From Myxococcota bacterium (GTDB lineage Bacteria; Myxococcota_A; SURF-8): 64,000 nt of DNA. The DNA lies in assembly GCA_963674735.2 (NCBI GenBank), contig CAXXQS010000001.1, positions 1,344,001-1,408,000 on the forward strand. Reading direction: 5' to 3'. Positions 19,115 through 29,502 of this stretch are shown here, piece by piece; the first letter of the stretch is position 1; each line of letters starts with the position of its first letter. A program made the translations under genes and the position numbers. The notes under the pieces are model-generated. The model ran no database searches and was not told the origin of the DNA. It saw nothing but the letters and a program-made list of their open reading frames with translations.

Positions 19115-20086
19115 TTAATCCCACGCGCGCTGAATGGTCAGTTCCGGCAAGGCGGCCTGTAGCGCATCCACTTCGACTTGATCGATAGTAACTTCGATCA
19201 GGGTCAACTTTTTAAGCTTCGATTTGTCGTGCAGGGGTTTGAGGGACTTGACCTGAGTTTTCGTCAGGTCGAGTTCTTCGAGCATCGGCATGCCGTCAAG
19301 CAGGGATAAATCTTGAATGGGAACACCCCAAAGCTTCAAGATGGTCAGATTTTTGAACTTCAGCAGCTGATTCAAGTCATCGATCGGGTCATTGCACAAA
19401 TCCAGATACGTAATACGGTCCGCCACAGAGAATAGGGGTGTGAGATCGCGAACTTGCGTACTGCACACCTGGATCTCCGTGATTTTGGGCAGATCGGCAA
19501 GAACTTGTACATCGGAAACGCTCGTGCGCAGAAGATCGATGCGTTCAAGCTGCGTCATGTCGGCAATGGGCGTAATATCCGCAATGCGGCTCATCTTGGC
19601 GTCGATTTCGGTGAGTTTTGGTAGCGTGGCGATGGGGGTCAGGTCGGCGACGGCCGTGCCCCAGATGTTCAGATATTCAAGATTGATCAGGTTTTTGAGC
19701 GGGGTTAGGTCTTGCAAGTGCGGATTGAAACGCAGGTCCAGTCGGCGCAGATTCGTAAGACCGGAAAGACCACGCAGATCTGTTATCCCGGCGAAAGCCA
19801 GTAGCACCGATTCGAGGTGGGTGCACTGTGGGAGAACCGACAGATCAGCCTCCTTCATGGTTTGGGCGGCTTGTCCGAACCACAATTCGCCTTCTTCCGG
19901 ATGCGCTTCCCACCAGCTTTTCCAATCGCCGTCGCCCCAGGGAGGCATGAAAACCCGGCAGGCCTCCACGATTTCAGGAGAAGGAGCGGGAACGGGTTCG
20001 GGGTCGGGTTTCGGAATGGTATGGCTGCAGGCCATGGAAACGAGAAGAATAGCGGCAAGAAGAGCGAAAGAAAACAGGCGCGGCAT
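19115..20086 (-). CDS. Internalin-type leucine-rich repeat lipoprotein
   Basis: Lipobox SMAC, Pro-rich linker, 22-aa LRRs (DLTPLKNLINLEYLNI). Confidence 0.9.
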   Translation of the reverse strand: MPRLFSFALLAAILLVSMACSHTIPKPDPEPVPAPSPEIVEACRVFMPPWGDGDWKSWWEAHPEEGELWFGQAAQTMKEADLSVLPQCTHLESVLLAFAGITDLRGLSGLTNLRRLDLRFNPHLQDLTPLKNLINLEYLNIWGTAVADLTPIATLPKLTEIDAKMSRIADITPIADMTQLERIDLLRTSVSDVQVLADLPKITEIQVCSTQVRDLTPLFSVADRITYLDLCNDPIDDLNQLLKFKNLTILKLWGVPIQDLSLLDGMPMLEELDLTKTQVKSLKPLHDKSKLKKLTLIEVTIDQVEVDALQAALPELTIQRAWD

Positions 20087-20188
20087 GACGACTCCCTCGG
20101 TTCGATTGACAAACACGCGCATGATAGCACAGTCTGTACGACTTGACTACAGGTGTGACCCGTAATCCTGCCATGGCGTTGTGTGAGA

Positions 20189-20217
20189 TTGACCCGAAAC
20201 CGTTTGGAGGGCATAAT
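20189..20217 (+). promoter_or_regulatory. Sigma70-type promoter
   Basis: TTGACC-17 bp-CATAAT before the RseC-like gene. Confidence 0.55.
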
Positions 20218-20241
20218 GCGCATGAAATGGAGGCGAGCGGT

Positions 20242-20745
20242 ATGACGACCACGGACGAACGCATTATTCGACAAGGCATTGTTCGACAAACCTATTCGAA
20301 CGGAACCGCCGATGTTGCGCTGCCTCGGCGCGGGGCTTGCGAAAACTGCAGCGAAAAGGGGCTTTGCTTCGGAGTCGGGGAAGACGAGCCGCAGTTTGTT
20401 CGGGTGACGAATCCCATGGGAGCGATACCCGGTGCACGCGTAGCGGTGGGATATCCGAGCGGATCCTTTTTGCGCGCGTCGCTGACCGTCTATCTCTTGC
20501 CGCTGATCGGCTTGCTGGCTGGGGCCGTTATTGGAACACTGGCAATGGGCGACACGTCACAGGTTCCGGCGATAGCGGGGGCTGGACTCGGCTTCGTATC
20601 GGCCCTGGGGATGAGCGTCGCAATGGATCGCCGAGCGCGCCGGAATCCGCGTTACATTCCCGAAATCGTAGAGGTGAATATCGCTGCATTGGCCTGCACG
20701 CTCGACCTGGAATCCGGCCAATCCGATCATTCGGTCAAGATATGA
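20242..20745 (+). CDS. RseC/MucC family membrane protein
   Basis: ACENCSEKGLC, NPMGA.PG..V, VYLLPL, two TM helices; GGAGG before ATG 20242. Confidence 0.88.
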   Translation: MTTTDERIIRQGIVRQTYSNGTADVALPRRGACENCSEKGLCFGVGEDEPQFVRVTNPMGAIPGARVAVGYPSGSFLRASLTVYLLPLIGLLAGAVIGTLAMGDTSQVPAIAGAGLGFVSALGMSVAMDRRARRNPRYIPEIVEVNIAALACTLDLESGQSDHSVKI

Positions 20746-21063
20746 TTAATTCTCATTCAAGATTCCCATCCGGTGTTGTCCTCCTTCACACAACCGGCTT
20801 TGTTGTTACGCATAAAATCACCACCGAGACTTGCGTAGCTTCGAATGGATACTCTGATTCGTATCAAAGTGAGTTCAGATAGATTCGATCCCGCCACTTT
20901 CATCTTCGAAAATCGTTGATTGGGAAGAAAATCAATGGCGACCCGGTCTACAAACTGAAATTGTGGAATCCCGACGATCTAAGCCGATCGATTGAAGTGG
21001 AGAGGTTAGCAAACACCTGCTCCGAGTCCGAGTTGACAACCTTCGAGTCGTAAAGGAACTTCA

Positions 21064-22038
21064 ATGAAAGCCATTGTTTATCGTGAATATGGTTCATCGG
21101 ATGTATTGAAGATTGAAGAAATCGACAAGCCGATCCCGAAAGATGATGAAGTGTTGATAAAGGTTCAGGCGGCCTCCGTGAATGCGGCCGATTGGCACCT
21201 TATGCGGGGAGATCCATTTCCGATGCGTCTGCTCTTTGGCTTCTTCAAACCGAAAAACAACCTTCTGGGAGCGGATGTCGCGGGTGTTGTGGAAGCGGTC
21301 GGGAAAAACGTCAAGCAATTCAACGTAGGAGACGCCGTTTTCGGGGATATCTCCAGTTGCGGTTTCGGTGCATTCGCCGAGTATGTGTGTGCGTCTGAGA
21401 CTGTGTTGGCTCTGAAACCGCAAAATACTTCATTCGAGGAAGCCGCCGCGACACCCATGGCCGCCGTGACCGCTTTGCAGGGTCTGCGCGATAAGGGTGA
21501 CATTCAACCCGGCAAGAAAGTTCTGATCAACGGTGCTTCCGGCGGTGTGGGGACATTCGCCGTACAAATCGCCAAATTGCTTGGGGCCGATGTGACGGGC
21601 GTTTGCAGTACGAAAAACGTCGAAATGGTACAAACGCTTGGAGCAGACCACGTTATTGACTACACAAAAGATGATTTCGCAAGTAATGGCCAGCGTTATG
21701 ATCTCGTTCATGCCGTCAACGGAAATCGGTCGATTTTCGATTATAAACGCGCGCTCAGTGCGACGGGGATCTACGTTACGAGCGGCGGAGCCGGGACTCA
21801 GATGCTCCAGGCCATGCTGATCGGACCATGGCTTTTCCTGGCCGGACGCCAGAAAATGAAAATCCTGATGGCCATGCCGAATCAAAACGATCTGACCTTT
21901 ATCAAGGAGCTTCTGGAAGCCGGCAAAATCAAACCCGTCATCCATCGGCGCTACTCGTTCAACGAGGTTCCTGAGGCGATCCGCTATGTCGAAGAAGGAC
22001 ATGCCTCCGGGAAAGCCGTCATAAACTTCGGATCATGA
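21064..22038 (+). CDS. NAD(P)-dependent MDR oxidoreductase (quinone reductase-like)
   Basis: VLINGASGGVGTFAVQ, GAFAEY, LGADHVIDY. Confidence 0.93.
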   Translation: MKAIVYREYGSSDVLKIEEIDKPIPKDDEVLIKVQAASVNAADWHLMRGDPFPMRLLFGFFKPKNNLLGADVAGVVEAVGKNVKQFNVGDAVFGDISSCGFGAFAEYVCASETVLALKPQNTSFEEAAATPMAAVTALQGLRDKGDIQPGKKVLINGASGGVGTFAVQIAKLLGADVTGVCSTKNVEMVQTLGADHVIDYTKDDFASNGQRYDLVHAVNGNRSIFDYKRALSATGIYVTSGGAGTQMLQAMLIGPWLFLAGRQKMKILMAMPNQNDLTFIKELLEAGKIKPVIHRRYSFNEVPEAIRYVEEGHASGKAVINFGS

Positions 22039-22071
22039 AAACGATTTTGGCCAGACGGGTTGCTTGAAGTA

Positions 22072-24120
22072 TTAGAATAACTCGAACATTTCAACACGCA
22101 AAACGATTTTCGCGTACGGGCTGTTCGCTTCGAACGTGTGATCCGTCAACGGCACCTGGCCACTGAACGAAACCAGTTCTTCGTGTGGATCGAAGCGCCA
22201 TTCGTTCACGTTGTAGCGCTCGTAAAAATCCACTTCTAAAAGCTTCATGCTCAGGGTCAATTGGGTCATGGCATCGAAAACCGGACCTTCGAAGATCACG
22301 AGCCCCGGCGCTTGAACTTCGACTCCGTCGGGGTGGATGTACAGATCCGGTGCGCGGTGCTCCACTTTACTTTCGTGAACCACCACGTTTTTGCCGAAGG
22401 TCTCCTGGATGTACGGATTGAATCGCACGGATGATTCGAAACTGATTTCAGCCGGAGCCACGCCGTTTTCCCCATCGCCCAGGCTGTGATTCTCGCGATC
22501 CGAAAACAGGTGGACTTCGTCGAGGGTGATACGGACCTTGCGGTCGTGGAATAATCCGGCGGTCGCCAAGAGTCCCGCGCCTTCGGTGTCGGGATAATTC
22601 ATGTGGTCGATATAAAACGTCGTGTGAGTCGGACGCACGGTTTGCCCCGAAGGCGTTTTGAAAGCCAGCGCTTCGGGTTGATCGTGGAAGAATTCATCGA
22701 AAGTGTACATGATGCCGTCGTTCGGCTCATGGGTGGGGTTGTCGATATCGAGTAGCTGAATGCCTAAGGCCTCCTCGATGCGCGGATCGGTGGCACAGCC
22801 GTGATGAATCAGCATTCCACCGAAGTAAGGGGAATTGGCTTCATACAGCTTGTGGTCCCAGGCCGCCACTTCATCCATGGCAATGTCGGGATGCATGATA
22901 ATGAAATCGGCCAGTTGCAAACCGACGACACCCAATAATCCACCGATCCCCTGAACGACCGGATTGCCGTACAGACGCGCCAGACGGGCCCCGGCGATGA
23001 CGCCCGCCGAGGTGAACCAGCGAACGAACCGGTTTTCGGCGGCCAGATTTTCGAGGTTGTTTTCTATGACATAACGAGTAACGTAGCATCCCATGGAATG
23101 GCAGGTCAGGTTGATGTGGGTGGCACCCGTTTCTTCGAGTTTGTGGCGTAAGTATTTGGCCACGATCAACCCGTAGCGGTGAAGTGTTTCGGGGCCATCG
23201 TAAGGATATTGCTCGATTTCCTCGATTTCGTCGTTTGTATAGATCGGATCCGGTATCGCCCCGTAGTACTCGATTTTGAAAAATCCTTGCGGGGAAGACG
23301 CCCCCGCAGGTGTATCGCCGCAGGGACGATCGATGCCGTTTTGTCGCATCATATCGAGAATTCCGCTGCAACTGCGAGTTGCGCCGTAAACGGTTTGTTC
23401 AAGATCGGCATTGCCTTTGTTGCTGAATCCATGAAGCCAAACCGTGATCGTCGTTTCATTCGAGTAGTCTTTTTCACCGCTGAATGCAGGATGCGAGGCG
23501 CAATCGGCCGGACAGCCATCGGGGGTTTCGCAAGGATCGCACAAGCCATCGCCGCAGGTTGCCCATCTATCCTGATTGACGACAGGCCCGATACAGATCC
23601 CCAATAGGCACCAACCACCGGGGCAGGTTTCCTCTACGCCCATGGTGCAAGTGTAATCGATGGAAGCCGGATCGACACATTCGTAATCGCCCCAGTCGAT
23701 CTCATCCGGATCGCTCTCCGTAACATCGAAGTCGAAATCGGATTCGGCATCGAGATCTTCGTCCAAGTCGCGATCGCCATCGATCAAATGATCTTCATCG
23801 GACGGGATTTCCATTTCTTTCTCGCCATCGCCGGGAAGAAGGTCTCCATCGGGGATATCTCCGTCGGAAGGCTCGTCCAAATCGGTCTCCCGGTCGCCAT
23901 CGCCCGGATCTTCGGGAACGCAGATTCCCCAGCCATCAACACTGCCGGGCGGAACGTAGCAGATCGTGTCATCCTGGCAGTCCGAATCTTCCTTGCAGAT
24001 GCCCGTGACCGAATCGCCGTCGGGAAGCGAATCGGCAGATAGATCACTTGAGCCGCATCCTCCGACAAGAAGACAAAGGCCCAGACCCATGCAAAACCAT
24101 CGAACTGCGCGCCATGACAT
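22072..24120 (-). CDS. Lipoprotein with acidic linker, Cys modules and an alpha/beta-hydrolase (lipase-like) domain
   Basis: Lipobox VGGC; DGD-rich linker; WLHGF, CHSMG nucleophile elbow, NDG, downstream His. Confidence 0.8.
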   Translation of the reverse strand: MSWRAVRWFCMGLGLCLLVGGCGSSDLSADSLPDGDSVTGICKEDSDCQDDTICYVPPGSVDGWGICVPEDPGDGDRETDLDEPSDGDIPDGDLLPGDGEKEMEIPSDEDHLIDGDRDLDEDLDAESDFDFDVTESDPDEIDWGDYECVDPASIDYTCTMGVEETCPGGWCLLGICIGPVVNQDRWATCGDGLCDPCETPDGCPADCASHPAFSGEKDYSNETTITVWLHGFSNKGNADLEQTVYGATRSCSGILDMMRQNGIDRPCGDTPAGASSPQGFFKIEYYGAIPDPIYTNDEIEEIEQYPYDGPETLHRYGLIVAKYLRHKLEETGATHINLTCHSMGCYVTRYVIENNLENLAAENRFVRWFTSAGVIAGARLARLYGNPVVQGIGGLLGVVGLQLADFIIMHPDIAMDEVAAWDHKLYEANSPYFGGMLIHHGCATDPRIEEALGIQLLDIDNPTHEPNDGIMYTFDEFFHDQPEALAFKTPSGQTVRPTHTTFYIDHMNYPDTEGAGLLATAGLFHDRKVRITLDEVHLFSDRENHSLGDGENGVAPAEISFESSVRFNPYIQETFGKNVVVHESKVEHRAPDLYIHPDGVEVQAPGLVIFEGPVFDAMTQLTLSMKLLEVDFYERYNVNEWRFDPHEELVSFSGQVPLTDHTFEANSPYAKIVLRVEMFELF

Positions 24121-24280
24121 CGTTAACTCCCTGCATCTTCGGAAAGATCCCGTTCGTTATCGAGAACCTGAGCGATGGTGAATGATCACTTTCAGTGTTG
24201 TAAATACAATCTTAGACCGAACGGCCGGCGATTTCAAGGCAGAACGAAATTCCCACTTGCGGGACGACATCGAAGGGCAA

Positions 24281-26233
24281 TCAATCGTCGGGGGTAATTT
24301 TGAATTTGGAAAGTTTCGCCATGAAGGCTTGACGCGAAATCCCAAGAATCTGAGCCGTTTTCGACCGATTCCAGTTGTTATTCTCAAGTGCCCGCCGAAT
24401 GACCCTGATTTCATAAGCGTCGAGGACTTCTTTCAAGCTTCGGCCGTTGAATACGATTTTTTCTTCTTTACCATTGACTCCGGGCTTGGAAATCATCGGC
24501 GAAAAATGCCGGATTTCGATGGGTTCATTGGGCTCGACCATCAAAAGAGCTCGTTGAATCTCGTTTTTTAAATGGCGAACGTTTCCGGGGAAGGGGCTAC
24601 GGCGCAATTCCTGTATGCAACTCGGTGAAAAGTCGTTCCCGTATTTTTTTGTCTCGCGTTGGTACATACGCAGAAAATGTCGCGCCAGCAATTCGATGTC
24701 GTCGGGACGCTCGCGTAGCGGAGGGAGACTGATGGGAAAGGTGTTGATGCGATAATACAGATCCTCGCGGAAGCGTCCCGCCGCAACTTCTTCTTCGAGA
24801 TTTTTGTTCGTGGCGCAGATTACTCGCACGTTGACTTTGCGAGGTTGCGTGGCTCCCACGGCCATTACCTCGCCCTCTTGAAGCGCACGCAACAATTTGA
24901 CCTGAAGGTGGAAGGGGGTTTCGCCTATTTCATCCAGGAAAAGAGTGCCTCCGTCCGCCACTTCGAAAAGCCCTTTCTTGTTGTCGATCGCACCGGTAAA
25001 GGCCCCTTTGACATGGCCGAACAACTCGCTTTCCAACAATGTATCCGAAAAGGTTCCGCAATTGACGGCGGCAAAAATCGCCCCGCTGCGTTTCGATTGT
25101 TTGTGAATCGATTGGGCGACTACTTCTTTGCCCGTACCCGTATCGCCAAGAATCATCACCGTCAACTCGGAAGGCCCGACGGTTTCAATCTGCCGGCGCA
25201 CGGACTGCATGGCGTTCGAGTTTCCGATCAGACGTCGATCGTCCTCGGTTTGCCTAATCATGGATTTCAGATACACATTTTCGTTCTTCAGTTTCTCTTC
25301 CGCTTCTCTTACGACCTCGATCAGACGAAGGTTGACGACACGGGCTGAAAAAACATAGGTGATCAGCGAAACGAGATCCAAATCGTGCTCGTTTAAAGCG
25401 ATGGAATGAGATGTATTTCCGATTTCGACGAAACCGATGACACGCTCCTGCTGGATAAGAGGAGAAAGAATCATGGTTCGTAGGGGTTTGGCAGCCTGAC
25501 CGGCGACGCGCAGCCCGACAATCTGTTCCGCATCAAGCAGCAAAGCCCGGCGTTGGGTCCAGCCTTCATCAAACCAGACATCCGCGCGGGTGAGGTCCGC
25601 CGAAATATCTTTGGTTTTGCTTGTAAAGTAAACCTGTCGCCATTTGCTATCGATGGTTGTTTCTTCCCGATGCAGGGCCACATATTCGGCGTTGGGAACG
25701 TGGTTGAGCAGAAAGAGGGCGACATGTTGGTAAATGTCTTGTGCCTTGTCGCGTTCGTGGATTTCTTTCTGAAAGCGGAACAATGAGCGCACCAAGGATT
25801 TATCATCGAGAATCTGTTGAGAAAGCAGCGAGAAATCCGAGATCGCGCGAGAAGCTAAAATCGTCTTTCCACTTTCGTCTTTGGATTCGCCCTCCGCTTC
25901 CCCCTCGAAAAGCCGGACATGTATGCGCGTTGGAGATTGGATATCACCCAGAAGTAGCGAGTCGCCATCCCGGATTTCGCGTTCTTTGAACTTGATGCCG
26001 TCCACAACGAATTGTTCGCCATCGACTTCCACCATCGAGCCGTTCGTGCTCTGCAGATCCTGATAAAAATATCGACCGTCCCGGAAGACCAACTGCCCAT
26101 GCAAACTCGAAACGCGCGGGTCGTGAAGAAAAAAATCGTTCGAAACGGCGCGCCCGATCAAGATGTGATCCTTCGAATAGGTTCGTTGAATCGTTTCACC
26201 ATCGATTTCAGCTATCAATTCGACTAGCCACAT
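24281..26233 (-). CDS. FHA-GAF sigma54 enhancer-binding protein
   Basis: IGR...VSSLH...STNG (FHA); GDTGTGKE, GAFTGA, LFLDEIG; Fis-type HTH. Confidence 0.93.
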   Translation of the reverse strand: MWLVELIAEIDGETIQRTYSKDHILIGRAVSNDFFLHDPRVSSLHGQLVFRDGRYFYQDLQSTNGSMVEVDGEQFVVDGIKFKEREIRDGDSLLLGDIQSPTRIHVRLFEGEAEGESKDESGKTILASRAISDFSLLSQQILDDKSLVRSLFRFQKEIHERDKAQDIYQHVALFLLNHVPNAEYVALHREETTIDSKWRQVYFTSKTKDISADLTRADVWFDEGWTQRRALLLDAEQIVGLRVAGQAAKPLRTMILSPLIQQERVIGFVEIGNTSHSIALNEHDLDLVSLITYVFSARVVNLRLIEVVREAEEKLKNENVYLKSMIRQTEDDRRLIGNSNAMQSVRRQIETVGPSELTVMILGDTGTGKEVVAQSIHKQSKRSGAIFAAVNCGTFSDTLLESELFGHVKGAFTGAIDNKKGLFEVADGGTLFLDEIGETPFHLQVKLLRALQEGEVMAVGATQPRKVNVRVICATNKNLEEEVAAGRFREDLYYRINTFPISLPPLRERPDDIELLARHFLRMYQRETKKYGNDFSPSCIQELRRSPFPGNVRHLKNEIQRALLMVEPNEPIEIRHFSPMISKPGVNGKEEKIVFNGRSLKEVLDAYEIRVIRRALENNNWNRSKTAQILGISRQAFMAKLSKFKITPDD

Positions 26234-26248
26234 ACTTAAGCTCCTACC

Positions 26249-27187
26249 TTACCAAGATCCGATGAGTTTTAAGCCGGTCATTAAAAAGGTCGAACTTTCC
26301 GCCGGTTCGAACCGAACGACCCCGCCGGGACCGACGTTCAAGCCGATAGCCACATTCGCGTGCAAACGAACGAAAAAGGCGGGGTCGAAAAGCCAGATCA
26401 GACCGGCACGGTCGTCGATGCCATCCCATCCGAAAAAGACCGGACCGACCGCAACGGGTATTTGCATCCAGAAACGCGAAAGGTGATAGTTCCAGGCTGG
26501 GTTGAAGAGAATTCCCAGAACATTCAGGTTCCGGTTGTCGTCTTTACCCGCGTGTTGTTGAAACCATATACGTCCACCTAACGTGAATCCTTGTCCGACT
26601 GCCGCCTCCGCCGATGCCGAAACGAAATAACCGACATTGAAATAATCGGTGTCGTTGCCGACCAGAAAGGCAGCACCCGCACTCGCTCCGGCGGCTCTTT
26701 GAATGATCGGCCAGCGGGGAGGTTCGGAAACCGGTTCTATTGGGGGTTCGGGAACTGGAGCGACTTCAGGAATTTGCTCGGGTTTCGGGGCAGGTTCAAC
26801 AACAACGGGAGGCCGAAGCGTTTCCATTTCCAGCTTGGCTTTTTTATAAACACGGTAGATCTTGGGGGAAACCTGTTGTTCGGAAAGAACAAAATCCGGA
26901 TTTAAACGCATCAAGCTGCGAAAAGAGGCCTCTGCCTCTGCTTCACGTCCAAGAGCGACAAGCGTATAGGCCTTGTATTCATAGATGTCGGATAGCGAAT
27001 AGGTTTTGTCTTTACTGCGACTCGCGATTTCTTCAGCTTGTGTAAGCTTGTCAAGCGTGCAGCTGTAATTCAACTCGCCGTAACAAATCAACGCTTCGCG
27101 AAACAGGTTCTCGGAATCAGGCGATTGGGCTACAGCTGTCGAAAGGGTTAAAAATAGCGTTAGAACGAGAAAGACAAACAACCGCAT
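26249..27187 (-). CDS. Exported TPR protein with Pro-rich linker and C-terminal beta-barrel-like domain
   Basis: Signal peptide from ATG 27187; ALGREAEAEASF..L....P..VSPKI; PEP linker; beta-strand C-terminus ending in W. Confidence 0.75.
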   Translation of the reverse strand: MRLFVFLVLTLFLTLSTAVAQSPDSENLFREALICYGELNYSCTLDKLTQAEEIASRSKDKTYSLSDIYEYKAYTLVALGREAEAEASFRSLMRLNPDFVLSEQQVSPKIYRVYKKAKLEMETLRPPVVVEPAPKPEQIPEVAPVPEPPIEPVSEPPRWPIIQRAAGASAGAAFLVGNDTDYFNVGYFVSASAEAAVGQGFTLGGRIWFQQHAGKDDNRNLNVLGILFNPAWNYHLSRFWMQIPVAVGPVFFGWDGIDDRAGLIWLFDPAFFVRLHANVAIGLNVGPGGVVRFEPAESSTFLMTGLKLIGSW

Positions 27188-27541
27188 TGGCCCCGTCTTG
27201 ATTAGTTGACAAACCAAGCGAGCAACAACTGGACTGTCTCTCTGTTCTGTAAAGAATACTTGATACATAATGCCAGAATGATAGAAAATATTCTTAAAAT
27301 ACGCAAGTGAATCTAAGGTTTCAGAGCAGTTTCGGATCTCACTCCAATTCGTCAAGCCTGCTTTACACTTTCCAAAGAGAAAACGAGACCATACGGAAAG
27401 CGCCGGAAGTATCCCTATATGATCTCGGAATATTCTCGCGTTATTTCTGTTCTTTTACTAGAATACAATCGTTTTGGCGGATGGATGATGAAAGTCATCA
27501 TTCATTCTCGGTCGACTAGACTGTCATTTTAGGAGACTCAC

Positions 27542-28033
27542 ATGAAAATGCACGTAGTTGAGAAACTCACATCGAACGTTATCGTTACGCTGTTTTTCAT
27601 CCTGGCGATGTCTGTTATAGCCGTGCCTGATGCGTTTGCGTTTGTGGATGACGATTTTACCGATCATGAGAATGCGTTGGATTGCAATTCTGCTGACTTT
27701 GAGGGCCTCACTCCAGCCATCGCACAATGTCCGTACGGTGGAAAAGACAAAAACGACGTCACCGACAAATCCGAAACGGCCAAAGCCGACACCGCATCCG
27801 GGTGTCCGTGCATGAAGCGCGGGAAAGGCGGTTGTCCTGGAATGCAAAAATCGGACGGGACGGGCTGTGCGAAAAATGAAGGAGGTTGCCCCTGCAAAGG
27901 CGAGGGGCAAGAATGTGGGAAAATGAAGGCTCGATCCGGGGACTGTCCTTACGCGAATTCGGCGAAAAAAGAACAAGAAAAAGAAACCGATGAAAATGAA
28001 GAAGCAGGAGACGAAAAAACCGAGTCTGAATAA
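27542..28033 (+). CDS. Small exported Cys/Gly/Lys-rich protein with acidic tail
   Basis: AGGAG RBS, signal ending AFA, repeated GCP/CPY motifs. Confidence 0.75.
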   Translation: MKMHVVEKLTSNVIVTLFFILAMSVIAVPDAFAFVDDDFTDHENALDCNSADFEGLTPAIAQCPYGGKDKNDVTDKSETAKADTASGCPCMKRGKGGCPGMQKSDGTGCAKNEGGCPCKGEGQECGKMKARSGDCPYANSAKKEQEKETDENEEAGDEKTESE

Positions 28034-28035
28034 GG

Positions 28036-28730
28036 CTATTTCAGCTCCCATTTTTTCATAAGCGTTTCATAGTCCGTTTTCCGTTGCGGCCTCTCCGGAC
28101 ACGTCCAACAACAGGGGGCTGACGGCAGACCTTGCGTGCGAAAGCGATGTCGTGAGTGGCGATCAAACATGGAAGCATCCAAACTCGCTAAAAGCTCCGC
28201 GAGTCGGTTTTTGCCAGGCGGGTCCAGACCGGCCGTCGGTTCGTCCAGCAGCAGCAGTTCCGGCCTCATGACCATCACTCCCGCGAGTGCTACACGCTGC
28301 TTTTGTCCATGGGAAAGATCGTAGAACCAGCCTATCCGCCAGATCCTGTGCTTCAAGCAGGGTCAAGGTTTCGAGAGCCTGTCGTTCCGCTTCGGCTTTT
28401 TTCATCCCCAAGCTTTTAAGCCCGAAAGCGACATCATCGAGCACACGCGGGAAGAGAAGCTGCTCTTCGGGGACATTGAACAAGTATCCGACTTTTCGCC
28501 GGATATTCGAATGTGTTTCGGGACTGACGATCGTTTCACCAACCCTGATTTCACCTACGTGCGGGAGCAATCCGACGATTGTCTTCAGAAGGGTGGTTTT
28601 GCCTGTTCCGTTCAAGCCCAAAAGCGCGGTTCGCTCCCCAGGCGGAATACGGAACGAAAATGCCATTCAGGGTCGGCTCCGATGCATGCGGGTAGGTGAC
28701 GCAGACCTTTTGGCAGGATAGCTCGATCAT
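28036..28730 (-). pseudogene. ECF transporter ATPase (CbiO/EcfA-like) broken by several frameshifts (pseudogene or sequence error)
   Basis: MIELSCQKV..LNGI, Walker [24 protein letters not shown] and IATHD occur in successive different frames; ATGA overlap with ecfT. Confidence 0.85.
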
Positions 28731-29500
28731 GTTGTTTCCATCCATCGGATAAGAACAGAGCCGAGTAAGATGCACACGGCAAAGACCGTTGAAAGACTGT
28801 CGGAAATGGCCCAGCTTGGGTTGTTTTCCCCCTTCTTTGAACGATCGAGGTCGTAATTGTAATTTCGTATTTCCATCGCATCACCGACACGTTCGGCGCG
28901 ATACAAAACCCGGGGCAACCAGACGCGTGGGAGCGCCGTTGAAAGCGCCATCATCGATCGCCAGCCACTCAATCCACCTCGAACATTGACAGCCTGGAGA
29001 ATGCCGTGTGTTTCGTGAGCGAGAGCATGCGCTTGATGGATGATTTGCAAAAGAAGCATCGCCAGTGGGCGCGGAACATGAAGGCGTTTGAAGGATCGCT
29101 CAAGCTCGGGAAGTGTCAACGCCGAGGCCGTCCACGCCGTGATACACATCGTACTTGCGCCCCTGATCGCAATTCGCCAAGGAACCGCCCAGGGCATGGG
29201 GATCAAAGAGGTCGATGCCGAAGAATAGCTCTCAATCCAAGGAGTTAGAAGGAAGAAAGGAATAAACAGGATAAAAGCAAACGAAAGAAGGGGGCCGACA
29301 AGCAGTTTTGGGGGCCGGACTAACAAAAACCACACAGCCGGAATCGTCAGTGACAAAACCAGCCCCCCCGATGAGGCCGGGTCTGCAATGAGAGTCGCGC
29401 TGAAAAGGAGGACGCCAATCAAAAGGCGGACATGTAACGAAAGGCGTTTCACCGGTCCTTGCGCGCTTCCCCAAACTTCGATAAAGCGGTTGCAACTCAT
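28727..29500 (-). CDS. ECF transporter T component (CbiQ/EcfT-like)
   Basis: Multiple TM helices; AVNVRG and RAERVGDAMEIRNY motifs; own ATG at 29500. Confidence 0.85.
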   Translation of the reverse strand: MSCNRFIEVWGSAQGPVKRLSLHVRLLIGVLLFSATLIADPASSGGLVLSLTIPAVWFLLVRPPKLLVGPLLSFAFILFIPFFLLTPWIESYSSASTSLIPMPWAVPWRIAIRGASTMCITAWTASALTLPELERSFKRLHVPRPLAMLLLQIIHQAHALAHETHGILQAVNVRGGLSGWRSMMALSTALPRVWLPRVLYRAERVGDAMEIRNYNYDLDRSKKGENNPSWAISDSLSTVFAVCILLGSVLIRWMETT

Positions 29501-29502
29501 CG

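Noticed and set aside
20746-21063. Small ORF or ncRNA in the 318-bp spacer
   Set aside because: Only short frames without a convincing RBS or motif, and a weak hairpin.
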